Positions 46,714 through 58,525 of a DNA stretch of 64,000 nucleotides are shown here, one piece after another. Under the pieces are notes generated by a model. It was given only the letters and a program-made list of their open reading frames with translations. It had not been told where the DNA came from and did no database searches. The stretch is from contig NC_045704.1 in the NCBI RefSeq assembly GCF_009834535.1, forward strand, positions 59,086,001 through 59,150,000. Direction: 5' to 3'. A program made the position numbers and the translations under genes. This stretch comes from Camelus ferus. Its lineage: Eukaryota. Position 1 is the first letter of the stretch. Each line of letters starts with the position of its first letter.

Positions 46714-47249
46714 CTAAAGGATCAAACAATACAGAAGAATTTTCTTTATCACATAAGGCCTAACTTGAAAAACAACTGGATGTACTATTTTTATTACAAA
46801 GGTGGTAAGTAGTCCTTACAGAAAATTTGGAAAGCATATAGAAAAGTACAGAAGGAAAAACACCAATTAATCACCCACCCAGACTTCACCACATTTATTT
46901 TGTCTGGTCCCAGTCTTCATGTATATACACAGCTGACTGAGATGACGCTATTCCTATCATTTTATAACCCTCTCCCTTTCTCTCACCTAATATATTTCCA
47001 CTTTTCCATGTCCTTCCAGGCTTGTTTCATTTTTAATGGTCACATAATAACCAACCTTAAGGATATATCATAATTTTACCTTTTTTCTGTTTCAACATTC
47101 CTGTACATAAATCTTCATATATATCTCTGATCAGAATAAAGACTAAAAAGGGAAATTCTTGAGTTAAAAGCCATTTCTGTTTTAAGTGTGCAATTCACAC
47201 CATCAAGGTGATCTCCAGCCTACAGGACAACCAGGGATTATGTGTGACA

Positions 47250-49080
47250 AGGCCAATCTTCCCATCCCTTTAGCTCTGGTTATGCTCAGCTACTCAGAAA
47301 CCACCACCAATTTCACAAGTTGAAAATGCTGTGTCAATGCTGATTTGCATTTCTGAATACCAGTGAGAAATTCTGTACATGCTCCGTGGTGATTACTGAC
47401 CACTCTGCACCTCTTCTGAACTGCTGATTCATGTCTCTCATCTTCCTTTACTTGACTGTAGGTTATTAAGACACGATATTAATCCTTTTTATACTGGAAC
47501 TATCAAATATTTCCCTTTTTCATTGTTCCTTAATTTTCCAAATTTATTGAGAAAATAGCTGACATACATCACTGTGTAAGTTTAAGACACACACAAAGAT
47601 CTAATCTGTTCTTAGAAACAATAATTAGTACAAAAAAACTAAAAAAATGTGCAGTATACTGTTTATATGTATTTACATTCAATATAATGTGTATGTGCAG
47701 TTGAACTGTAATAATTCTACATAATAAAGCTGGAAAAAAATTTTTTTAATTAAAAAAAAACCACATACAGCATGATGGTTTGATTTACATGTGTTTTGAA
47801 ACAATTACCACAAACGGTTCCACTAACATCCCATCTTCTCACAGATACAATAAAAAGAAAAAAAAAAGGAAAAAAAAATTTCTCCTTGTGATGACAACTC
47901 ATGATTTATTCTCTTAACAACTTCCTTATACTGTTTTAATGCACAAATATTTTAAATTTAAGTATTCAAATTTAGTCATCTTTTCCTTACAGTTTCTTTT
48001 CTTGCTGCTATGCTTGAAGTCTTTTTCCACCTTGGTATCAGGTAAGTATTTATGTCTTCTAGTTTACTTAAATTATCATGGTTTAAAATTTAAGTCTTTA
48101 ACCCATAACTCATTTTGGTACACAGCAGAAGGTAAAGCTTTAGCTTAAAATTTCCCCCCACACAGCCAATTATCTCATTACCACTTTATAAGTAATCCAT
48201 CCCTTTTCCACTCGCCAGAAATGTCATCTTTAAAATATACTAAGTAGCAATCTTAAGTGGATTTGTTTCTGGGATTCTCATTTGGTTGCAATAATCATTT
48301 TTGCATTGATACCAGGTTAATACAATACATTATAAATTATGACTTCATAATGCATTTTATATCTGAAACTTCAAACAACAAAAACAAAAATAAAAACAAA
48401 AACAAATCCTGAAAAAAAAAATCTGAAACCCTTTTATTACTTTTTCCCCAAATTCTCCTCTTTATTATTTACTTGTTTTCCCATATTTGCCTCTATATAT
48501 CATTTGGTCACGTTCTAAAAAACAACAAAAAAAACCTTTGGGCTATTTATTTTAATTGCTTTAACTATATAAACCAATTAGAAAGCAACTAGCATCTTTT
48601 CAGTACTTTGCCTTCCCATTCAAGAACATGGTGTGTTTATTTATTCAAATCTTCTGTAACATTCTTCGGTAATGTCTCACAGTCTTTTTGTGCCTGTTAC
48701 TTGACGTACTATTGTAAATGGATCACTCACATCATATTTTTTAACTGAAGATTGAGCTGTAGGAAAGCTACTGATTTTACAGAAATGAAAGGCCAAGAAT
48801 CAATATTTTGTCTCTCCTTTTCCAACCTGTTTTATTTCCCCCACTTGTGTACTATTTTGGGTAGCAGGTCCACAATGATGTTACATAATCATTGTCATGG
48901 GCGTTCTCATCTTGTTCCTGTATTTAACAGGCTTTTATCAGAGACTATGACAGGAAACGAAATGAACCTCCCAATTCATACTCATCCTCATTTTATTTCT
49001 ACCACCTATGCTGTTTTGTCCAAGTGCCCACTGTGTCACCCAACAGTTTCTGTGAACAACCTGCTTCAACATCAGCCTTA
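47250..49080 (-). mobile_element. Cluster of old L1M fragments with a younger L1MA-type 3' end at about 47530-47930
   Basis: Degraded ORF2/3' UTR motifs; cagcatgatggtttgatttacat motif. Confidence 0.55.
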
Positions 49081-49121
49081 CACTCCTTTACTAGATCTGG
49101 GCACCTAATTCTAGGTCTCAC

Positions 49122-49331
49122 CTTGGACCCAGATGCAAGCCTGCCTCCCAGCTGATCATACTTCAGGGAAGTGATGGCTGCTTTGTGTCCATTGAACGTC
49201 ACATTTCCTTCTCCACTCAGGAGGCTGAAAATTCGAATAGACCCATCCTCATAACCGACAGCCAAGTGCAGCCCATCTGGGGAGGGGCACAAGCAAGTGA
49301 CTTCGTGTTTAAGCCCCTGAAGGATTAGGAT
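49122..49331 (-). CDS. WDR3: WDR3 exon 3: ILILQGLKHEVTCLCPSPDG...RLASGSK
   Basis: 210 nt, AG/GT boundaries, WD40 repeat sequence. Confidence 0.97.
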
Positions 49332-50313
49332 CTGAAATAATAAGAATCAAAACAATGCAGAGGAGTTAAGCATGTCATCAAGGGACAAGTGTAAGAATAA
49401 TTAAAGTTAAAGAGTATCAGTAATTCCAAAGCACTCTTATGAATAATAATGAAATTTGCGTTCTATCTCAAGTTCTTTAATATATAAATTATCTGTACGA
49501 GGTTAATGAAACATTCAAGAAACGGTAAAATTTTCTTCAGAGCTCTACATCACCATAATACATGCAAAAACTTCTCAGGCAATGGAATATATTACTAAGA
49601 TCTTATTTTATGTCAACATCAAATGACTTTCCATAAAGGGTAATAAACACATACTTGCTTTAATTGAGCTCCAGCTCAGAAACCAACCTGCATGGTATTA
49701 GAATGCTGAAGTGGTTTATTCCCAAAGGACTCTGGGGTTGGGGGGACTGTACGTGTAAAAGCATTACCCTCTTGGAGGTCACAAAGTGAGTGGACAAGAT
49801 CAAAATCTTGGTATTTGGTTTGGCAGAAGCGGTAGGCTTAGGGAATTCAGAGTCACACAAAGTATCAAAGGCTAGTTTAACAACCCTTGGGTCTCATCTG
49901 TATAATTCAGAAAACGATTCAGTCAATATAGCAGAGCAATATTCCTTTTAAATCCTAATATTCTATATCTGGTTGTGAAGGCAAGTAGAAGTTGAAAAAC
50001 TGAGAACTGGCAAAGCAGAGAAAAATCAGACATGTTGGGAATAACAATCACAAATCATGATCTAGAAACATCACTGCAAACAGATCTCTAAGTGGTAAGC
50101 TTCTATTTGGTTGTGGTTTTCAGAACTTAGTGCAGAAAAACACAACAGAATCTGATACTTGGTTAGCCAGACCCAAAGGAAAAAAAATTTTCTAGGCGCG
50201 CACACATAAAAACTTCTGTGTACGATAAAGCAAAGCTCTTTCACTCCTGCCTCCATCCTCAAATACCTATAGATCAGTATTGTATCACCCCAGGTGATTT
50301 CTCTCTGCCTTAC

Positions 50314-50484
50314 CTTTTCTCCTTTCCTTAAGTCCCAGATGAAAACATGTTCACAGGCCGGTACTGCCACATAGCGTCCTTTTTCACCACGAAGTGTCAC
50401 GAAGACAATATTGCCTTTCTGGCTGCCGATAAGGCCAAAGACGGCACTGGCAACATAGCGCAGGTACTGCTTGGTGAGTCCCAT
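50314..50484 (-). CDS. WDR3: WDR3 exon 2 coding part (exon starts 50514): MGLTKQYLRY...WDLRKGEK
   Basis: ATG at 50484 in strong Kozak context (AACATGG); acceptor CTCAG at 50515; donor GTAAGG; 171 nt. Confidence 0.97.
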
Positions 50485-51168
50485 GTTCGGACGTCCGACA
50501 CCACAGGGAGGCAGCTGAGCATCAAACAATGAAAATTTAGTTCTTTGGGTACCTTGGATCTGCTAGGCTAGCAAACATTTGGCTTCGATGCAGCTAAACA
50601 ATTCACTTCTGCCCATTCCACTGTCATCAAAGTTTTTACCATTGAGATTGACAGCATGAGACTGAAAACATTTATCAACGAGCACTTACTGTAAACATAC
50701 TAATTAGACAGGCAGTGACCTAGATGCTAGAGATACGGTGTTGAGTAAAACAAAATCCCTGATCTTGGAGCACTTACCTTCCATAACAGCAACTCTCAAA
50801 CTCCAGTACGGATCTAAATTGCCCAAGGGATAGTTATGAAAAGATTGCTAGGAACCACCTCCACCTCACCTCCCCAGTGTCTATTTCTGATTCAGTAGGT
50901 CTGGAGTGGGGCCCAAGCTTTTTCATCTCTAACAAGTTCCCAAATGCTGCTGCTACTGCGGTTCTTCACTTTGAGAACTACTGTGCTAATACATTCAGGT
51001 CTGTCCTTGACTTCCAAATCAGGGCAGCCACCTCCTCCTGGCACATGCCAAAAAATGGTACTGCAATTTGGCACATTATTTTTGAAAGATGCAATAGTTC
51101 CTGTTTAACAGAGTGCAATCCTATGGGGCCTTCCTGGGACAGACCACTCCCCACGTCCTCCACCCGCC

Positions 51169-51708
51169 TGTTTTGCTAAAGGGAACTTTAGCACCCTAAG
51201 CCTTCCCCAAGTTCCAAAGAGCATATTTAATCAGAGATGTGGGGAAAAAAAATGCAGAAACAAAGGAAAACAGTCAGGGAAGAAAAAGCCAAGGAACTTC
51301 AGTTCCTCAAGGGCTATAGGTAATATTCTGAGCCACATCCTTAGCTGTTTTGCAGATGCTGAAACCCCCCAGGTGGCAAGAAGTTAACTGCATGCAGACC
51401 ACCAGCATGTAAACCCCAGATCAGGTGGGACCAGAAGGTTGATGGTGTTGAATCCCTATTACCTCACCACTAACCAATCAGAAGACCGCCCACAAGCTGA
51501 TCACGCACTACCCTCTCTCTCACTCTGTCTTTAAAAACCTTTCCCTGAAAGTCATGGGGTAGAGGTGAAGGTTGGGGTGAGAATTCTGGACTTTTAAGCA
51601 TTGGTTGCCTGTTCTTGCTTGGCCTTGCAATCTAACACTGCACTTTCCTTCACCACAACCCAGTGTTACTGCCCACAGACAAGGGGATGCAATTTGGGTT
51701 TGGTAACG
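51169..51708 (+). mobile_element. Solo ERV1-type LTR in WDR3 intron 1
   Basis: TGTT start, GGTAAC end, CCAAT at 51474-51478, TTTAAAAA at 51530-51537, gcctg repeated at both edges. Confidence 0.7.
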
Positions 51709-53831
51709 CCTGCACTAAGTATCAAATTCACTGAAAACAATGGTTATGGGTTAAAAAGAGATCACAGATGAAGCAGATTAAGTTAATTAGCCTGTCAGCT
51801 GTTGCTATGGAAATATGAGTATACCCCAGAACACCTGTGCAACTTAAAAAACACAAGCTTATTAAACACAAGTGACAGCTTTTCTTAGCACTGTTTTTTT
51901 TGTTGGTGGTGGTTCATTTATTTGGTTTAATGCTACAGGGTCTCTTTCTGATTACAATCTGTTGTTTTAGTCTACTTTAACAGGAAAATATTCAATGCCA
52001 ACTCGATGGTAATATTCTCTTTTAATGATAATCAACGGGCCTCATTTTTCTTCTCCTAGGAACCAACATAAAGCCAGCTAAAAATGAAGGAAAGGTAATA
52101 TTAACATGGTGATAATGCTCTTAGCCCTGGCCATTTGATCAGTTCTTTCACAATTCATCTTTTTCCTCTAGCCCCAGCCCCTTAACTGTATTTGTTTTTC
52201 ATGGGAGTCCTTTGCCATTGACCAACTCCTTCCATAGTATTTTCCCTGGAGGCTTCATACAGCAGGCTCAGGGACTCCCACATCTCTATTTCCAGTCCTG
52301 CCCACATGCATGAATACTAATTACACAGTTCCAAAAACTTACTAGACATCCCCATCCAAATACCCTGTAGCATCACATTACTGTGTCTAAAACCAAACCC
52401 ACCTTGCTTCCTGAACCCCTCTCATTTTTTTCCTAACTTGAAGACACAAAATTCTTCAAGCCATTCAGGCTCAAAACCCTGTAGCAACCTTTGGCTCATT
52501 AATAAAATTATTTTAGCAGCCAAGACTTAAAGAGTGCTTACTATAAGGTAACTGATACATTAAATTATAAACGAATTAAAAGTGTAAACATATACAGCTG
52601 TTTAATTATATATAGCAGTTGAGTTAATTAAATGAATAAATGTATGTAAAGCACTTCAAAAAGCACCTAGTATATTGTAAATTTAAGCACAAAATTTTTT
52701 TCACAAGTACCTTACAAGGTAGGTACAATTCTTATCCCCATTTTACAGACAAGAAAATTAGGCACAAACATGTAAAATACTAACCCAGTCATTTAGCTAG
52801 TTTTAAGTGCCAACACCAGATTCCAATCAAGCCAAACTCCAAAAATACCTTCTTTTAACCACTAAACTACTTGTCTTTGCTTCTGCCTCTTTCTTATCTA
52901 AAACTTCGCCTGATTGTTCCTCTGACATAGAATCCTTTTCTCTTTCCACTATTTTCTGTTCCAGCTCCTTATCACTGCGTTCCTGCACTGATTTTCTATG
53001 TAGGATCTCAGTCTCTGTGTTTTTCATTCTTGTCATTTAAAAATAGTACTGCTGCCTGACTAATCTTTTCAGATGCATTCTTCCTACCCCAAAGCCGTTG
53101 AAAGGGCTAAACTGTTTGCAGTTCCCAAGAACTCAACGTATCTGTCCTGTATTTCTTGAATAAACTTCTCTCTTGTCAGGCTAGTTGGTTTCCCTCCTTG
53201 TCCTGCCTTTTCATATGGTTCCTCCCACCTAGAGTAACAAGCACTCTCCCGTCTACCTATTTTAATCAATGTTACTCCCTAAGGCCCATTTCCCTCAGGG
53301 TTTTCTCTCAGGGTTTTCCACTGCCTCAATACTTCAAATGGCTTCCATACAACTTGGCCCTCGTCACTTTGACCCACGTGCATATATCTCGACACTTTCT
53401 GAAGAGAGAGCGCAAGACCTAACCTTCCTCTGCGCCCCTACCATCCCTGTTTCCTTAGCCCAAAGCCCCTCCTCCCCAAACATGCTGCTTCCATGATGCA
53501 CCGAAAGGCTGGGCCGCGGTAACAGTCCTGCCAGACGTCCCTAAACCGAGTCTTCAGTCAGAAGGTGAGGGGGAATTCCGCACACCCACCTCGCCGCGAG
53601 AGCATCGCAGGCTAGCCCTGCAGGCGCACGCGCCAGCCTCCTGCGTCCGCGGGCGGCTCCCTGGAGCGGTGGGGCGCGCGCAGTAGCTCAGGTTACCCCC
53701 TACCCTAGCGACCTGGCCCCAGTCCCCTCTGCTTCGTCTGCTGCTGGCACCACGAAGGCCTCAGCCAGAACCAGACAAACTCGTAGGAGCCGATCAAATG
53801 CTTTCGGCTGCCGCGCACCTACAGTACTCAC

Positions 53832-53900
53832 CTAGGCCTCCACGAGGCTCCGGGCTGGTTGGACCCGCCCACTGGGCCCGCCCCTTCCGGGTCCGCTCAC
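53832..53900 (-). other. WDR3: WDR3 exon 1 (non-coding); 5' end approximate
   Basis: Minus-strand donor CTAG|GTGAGT at 53831-53826 inside the CpG island; TSS position inferred only. Confidence 0.75.
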
Positions 53901-53999
53901 GGACCCTCTTCCGCCCGACGTTCCCTTTGCCTTCGGGGGGGAAATGACGTAAAATCCAGGCTCTGATTGGTGAGCGCCGGCTTGGGGCGGAAGCCAGAG

Positions 54000-54288
54000 G
54001 TTTGCAGCCCTGGGCTCCTGCGGCGGATCATCCCAGCCTCCCGGGACTTTGGCCCGCCTCACCCGCCGAGCCCCTGGCAAGGGTTGTCCGGGGATGCCTC
54101 TCGGCCGCTTTCCACGGGGAACTTAACCGGCCGCGCCTGCCGCCCGGATGGGACCGCCGGAGTGCTGTGAGAGGCGGGACGGAGGCCGAGAGGGAAGGCG
54201 GGGCGGAGCGGGCCGGGGGCGCGGCGGGAGGCGCGCGGGACTCAGCCGAGGTTGGGGTGCGGGCATAGAGGGTCCGTTCTCTGCAAGA
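54000..54288 (+). other. GDAP2: GDAP2 exon 1 (non-coding); boundaries uncertain
   Basis: Inside the CpG island; candidate donors GTGAGA at 54167 and GTGAGC at 54289; TSS inferred. Confidence 0.5.
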
Positions 54289-57200
54289 GTGAGCCTGTCT
54301 CTTCTAGTCCCGCTGTTGGTTGGGTTTCTTTCGCCCGAGGCGCTGTCAGGGTCGAGTTACCCACCGGAAGACAGAGGGTAGGCAGACCCGGGCACTAGGG
54401 ACAGTGGTGCGTAGCCCCCTGAGGAGGCGCGCGCCTGGGGTGCAGGGAAAATAGGGCGGCCGGGAGCTCTGCGGGTTATAGCCCCAGAGTCGAGTCTGTG
54501 TGGTCGCCCGTGTGGACTGGACGTCCCACGGACCGAGACCCGCTCGAATCAGGGCTGGATGGGCGCTGAGCCCAGGATGCTGAGTTGTCTGGATCCCCGC
54601 AGTCCCTGGAGTGACATTGCTCTGGCTTTCTGTTTCCGCTCCTTGAAAGCTTGAGGGGGAAGTGACCAGGGCTGACTCCTCCTTGCTTGGTAATTGAGGT
54701 TTTAGGTGCTTTGTCACCAAGCGGGAATTGGCTTTTCTCTCTTGCAATTCCGTCTGATTTTATTCTTGGGCTGCATAGAAGTGTTCAGAAATGAGTTCTG
54801 ATGTGTGTAGCTGGAAAATTAAAATTAACGTATAGCTATATAAAAGAAATAAGCCCTTGTCTCCACTTTTTGTACAAGGTATCTGCAGTCAACCTAGCAA
54901 TTAGACATTATCTGATTTTTTTTCAGACACTCCTCAGACATTCCTTGAATTTTTAAGGCATGTTCAGCTAGTCTTCCATAGTCAAGAAAATTGCAATAGT
55001 AGAGAATGGATACGATCAGACTGTGAATAGATGTAGCAGTGTAAGTGTTTTGAAACAAGATTACTGTGGGTTGGATGAATGAGAAAGGAGGAAATTGTGG
55101 CAACCAATTTATTTCAATAAATCTGATGAGGAAGGGCGCATTTAGGTGAGTGTGTATGGTTAATACCGCCTATAGATGATGTGCATTATATTATTATATA
55201 TATGAAAAATGTGTGTATATGAGGGGAAAATGTGTGCTTCAGTAGAAAACTTTAGATTCCATCTTGACAACACCCCTTGGATTATCTGAGTCTAAGGAAT
55301 GTACATAGCTGTGTAAACTGTAGATAACTAATATTAATATTGAATAATTTTGTCCATAGACATGAAAATTCTGTTCTCTTAGAGGCTCCGTGGAAGTTTT
55401 GCCTCATGTCCATTTATTTCGACATTCCTGATTAATGTATATGATCTTGGGACTCCCTTTATCTACTATCTGGCTGATTCCTTTGTGAGTTAATTAAAAT
55501 CTTAAACCATGTTCATTTTTGCATTTGAACGAGTCATGATTTTACCTTTTTAAGAAAAAATAATTTAACATTATTAAATAAGGGGAGGGATAAAGACAGA
55601 TGGAAAAATAATTTTAATAAAAGTTGGTGTAAGAGCAACTGTGGTTGAGTGCTAAGATAATGCATCATCGAGTGTGTCTGTAGTTTCTTAAGTTTCAAAT
55701 TGCTCAATGTATTAATATTATAACTGAAACATAGTAAAGTTATTTTAATATTGAAGGTGATACTACTAAGTCATCATTAGAGCATGTGCATGGGTGTTTT
55801 TGAATGATGGTGTTAAATGACCTGAGATATGACCTAGCTTAGAAATCTTTTTGTTATACTGTATTTATTGTTCACATATTTGACAGCTTCAGTTTTTCCA
55901 TCTAAGAAGGTTTCTTAAAAAAAAAAAAGTCATTCTTTATTTGCATAGAGTGATTCTTAAGTATAATAGATTTGGTGTTGGGATAGGGATATTGTGCAGA
56001 AATATCTAATTTATCCTAAAGTTTTAAATATACAAATACAAAGACAAAGAATGGTGAACTGATAATTTATAGAAAAGCAGTGCTTAGAGCTGGTAATTAA
56101 TGGAGGTCAGAAACATGGACCAACTCTCTTTATACTTTTATGCAGGCCTGTCTAATCAGTGTAAGCATTTTGAAGCACAAGTAGACAGATTTAAAGTTCT
56201 TATTTTTCTCTTTTAAATGATATCATTTTCTCTTTAGTCAGACAAAAATGATTTTATGGCTAAGGAAGTAGATCTGATCGATTCTGGATTCTTCTGTTTG
56301 TTCCATGTAAACTTTTGGATCCTGGGACGTAAATGCCTTGCTTCAGGAGACTTTTTTTACTAAGGTTTTGTGTTTGTTTATGAACCTGTTCAAAATACAA
56401 AACTGATCTATTGATCTGCAGTGGAAAGTCCTGCTTCTCTTTAATGTTATCCAAAATTCTGGCTGTAGCTTAGATTACTATTGCCTTCCCTCAGCTGAGC
56501 ACTCTGCATTCTTTCCATCACTGGGATTCTTAATCTGAGTCTGGGAATCCTCTCAGATTTATTTCCAGATCTGTGCTTGTTTGAGCTCATGTGCTCACAG
56601 TTTGGGTAGTAAAAGAGTTTTTAGCTTTCATCTAATTCTCAGAGAGGTCTGTGACCCCAAGAATGCTAAGAACCACTGTTTCTTAAGGATCAGGAATCAG
56701 ATTTTCCTGCTGAACTTGGCTTTGCTGCTCCATTTGCTTTATTGCCAAGGTGTTTGTGTTGGGGAAAAGGGAGATTTAAATCTCTTTTTGGTGAGAAAAA
56801 ATACATTTCTTTAAGAGATGGAGCTGAAAAAGAATTCACCTTTCGTTCAGTGCCTTGGCACTTTCATATAATGCCATTAAACCTTGCCCTACAGTAATAT
56901 CTCTCAATATTACTTGTTACTTGATTTAACATCCAGTTGTCTTGTGAGTCACAGTGACTTTTAAGATCTGGGCAGGAGATCCAACAAACTATACTGACAA
57001 GATATGATTAGAGATAAAGGAGAACCAGCAGAGTATGCTGTCCAAGAAGATAATAGAATTTCAGGGAGGGAGTAATCAATAGTAGATGCAGCTAAAATTT
57101 GATTACCTCCTGGCTAAGCAGTTTTAGTATTGTTATAGAGATGGAAGCAAAACTGCAGTGGGTTGAATAAACAGAGGAAAAGGAAGTAGAGCTGGCAAAC

Positions 57201-58059
57201 AGATTACTCTTAAAAAGTTACATGGTGGAAAGAGGAGTTTAGTTGTTACTCTGAAAAAGAAATGGGATAGGAAAAAATTTTGAGAATAGGAGACAGGGGA
57301 AGGAGAGATCAAATGTGAAGGGAGCGTTGATGTTATTACATTCTCTTAGAGGAGAGCTAGTCAGGTGCAGTAAAATGATCAAATGAAGGTGAGTGGGCAG
57401 GCTTAAAAGGATGGTTTATACCCTAAAATCACTTAGAAGTTGGAATGATTGAGTGAAGATTGAGAAATTTTGATTTGGAGAGAAGTTAAGTTGAACTATG
57501 ACTTCTCCTAGAGCATCAGGAAAAGAAGGGAGGCAGTGTGATGTGATGTAATGGAAATGGCATGGATTTTAATGCCGGCTGGTCTTCCATTTGGATCTCA
57601 AGTTACCACTTACTAGTTCTGTTGCCTTGAGCTGATAGCTGAACATCTTGGTCTTGGTGCCCTCCCTCACGGTGAAATAAGAGTCTTAATACCTACTTTG
57701 TGGGATTGCTGTAAGGGTTAGAAAGCACATTGGTAGCATATCTAATCCCCTGTGGCTCACTGTCCCTTCCACAGTGGCCCTATTTTGTTCCTTTAGTGTT
57801 TTAGGGTCTTTCCTACCTTAAGACACCTTGGTGTACCCTTTCTGCTGTCTGTAAAACTCTTTTGCTACTTTTGGTCTCAAGTCTCACTTTCAGGAAAGGA
57901 CATTCCCTGCTTCTCCAGTCCCTGCTGCTTCTTCACTGTAGCACACTTATCATAGATTTGAACTATGTGTTTATTTCTGTGATTATGTTTCTGTGATTTT
58001 TGTGGGGCTGTTTCTTCCATTAGACAGGCTCAGCACTTAACAATGCTTGAATGAATGAA

Positions 58060-58525
58060 TGCCTGGGACATAATAGGCAAACAAGCATTTATTACCTCAC
58101 AGTTTCGACGGGTCAGGAATTCAAAACTTGCTTATTCATGGGGTTCTGGCTCAGGGTTTCTCGTGAGGTTGCAGTCAAGATGTCAGCTGGCGCTGGAGGA
58201 TCCGGGGTGAGCGAGTCTCATGCCTGATAGCTGTTGCTGGTTGTTGGCAGGAACTCTCAATTTCTCCCCATAGGGGCCTTTCCGTGGGCTACTTGAGCGT
58301 CCCCAGTCGTGGGAGCTAACTTCCCCAGAACAAGCAGTCCAAGAGAGCACTGCAGAAGCCACAGCATCTTTTACAATCCATTGTTGGAAGTCACCCAGTG
58401 TGATTTCTGCAATGTCCAGTTGGGTACACAGACTAGCCTTATTCATTATGGGAGGCATTTACACAAGGGATTCATATCAGGAGGCAGGTTTCATTGAAGG
58501 ACATCTTGGAGGATGTCTATCACAG
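58060..58525 (-). mobile_element. MLT1-type LTR in GDAP2 intron 1
   Basis: caagcatttattacctcacagtttc...ggtcaggaattc motif; ends ctatcaca. Confidence 0.6.

Larger units (their letters stand above)
24644..53900 (-). other. WDR3: WDR3 gene span (WD repeat-containing protein 3, UTP12/DIP2 orthologue, SSU processome), from stop codon to approximate TSS; 27 exons
   Basis: 26 GT-AG-bounded coding exons join in frame to 2832 nt (943 aa), starting MGLTKQYLRY and ending EEKKRKRKKREKLILTLT*; matches recalled mammalian WDR3. Confidence 0.98.
53480..54620. promoter_or_regulatory. CpG island / bidirectional WDR3-GDAP2 promoter
   Basis: Very GC- and CpG-rich; ETS/GABP CCGGAAG (53884-53890, minus), TGACGTAA (53945-53952), CCAAT (53966-53970, minus), GGGGCGGAAG (53984-53993); no TATA box seen. 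Confidence 0.9.

Noticed and set aside
50071-50529. 152-aa ORF with an N-terminal extension MFDAQLPPCGVGRPN before MGLTKQ
   Set aside because: It starts at a non-ATG codon in intron 1 upstream of the acceptor at 50515 and runs past the donor at 50313; only 50314-50484 is coding
24800-53830. Intronic snoRNAs, often hosted by ribosome-biogenesis genes
   Set aside because: A manual scan found no properly spaced box C (RUGAUGA) / box D (CUGA) pair with a terminal stem on the minus strand; H/ACA RNAs cannot be excluded by eye and need an Infernal/Rfam search
53832-54747. Several Arg/Gly/Pro-rich ORFs on both strands
   Set aside because: Expected from stop-codon scarcity in a CpG island; considered only as uORFs where splicing supports them
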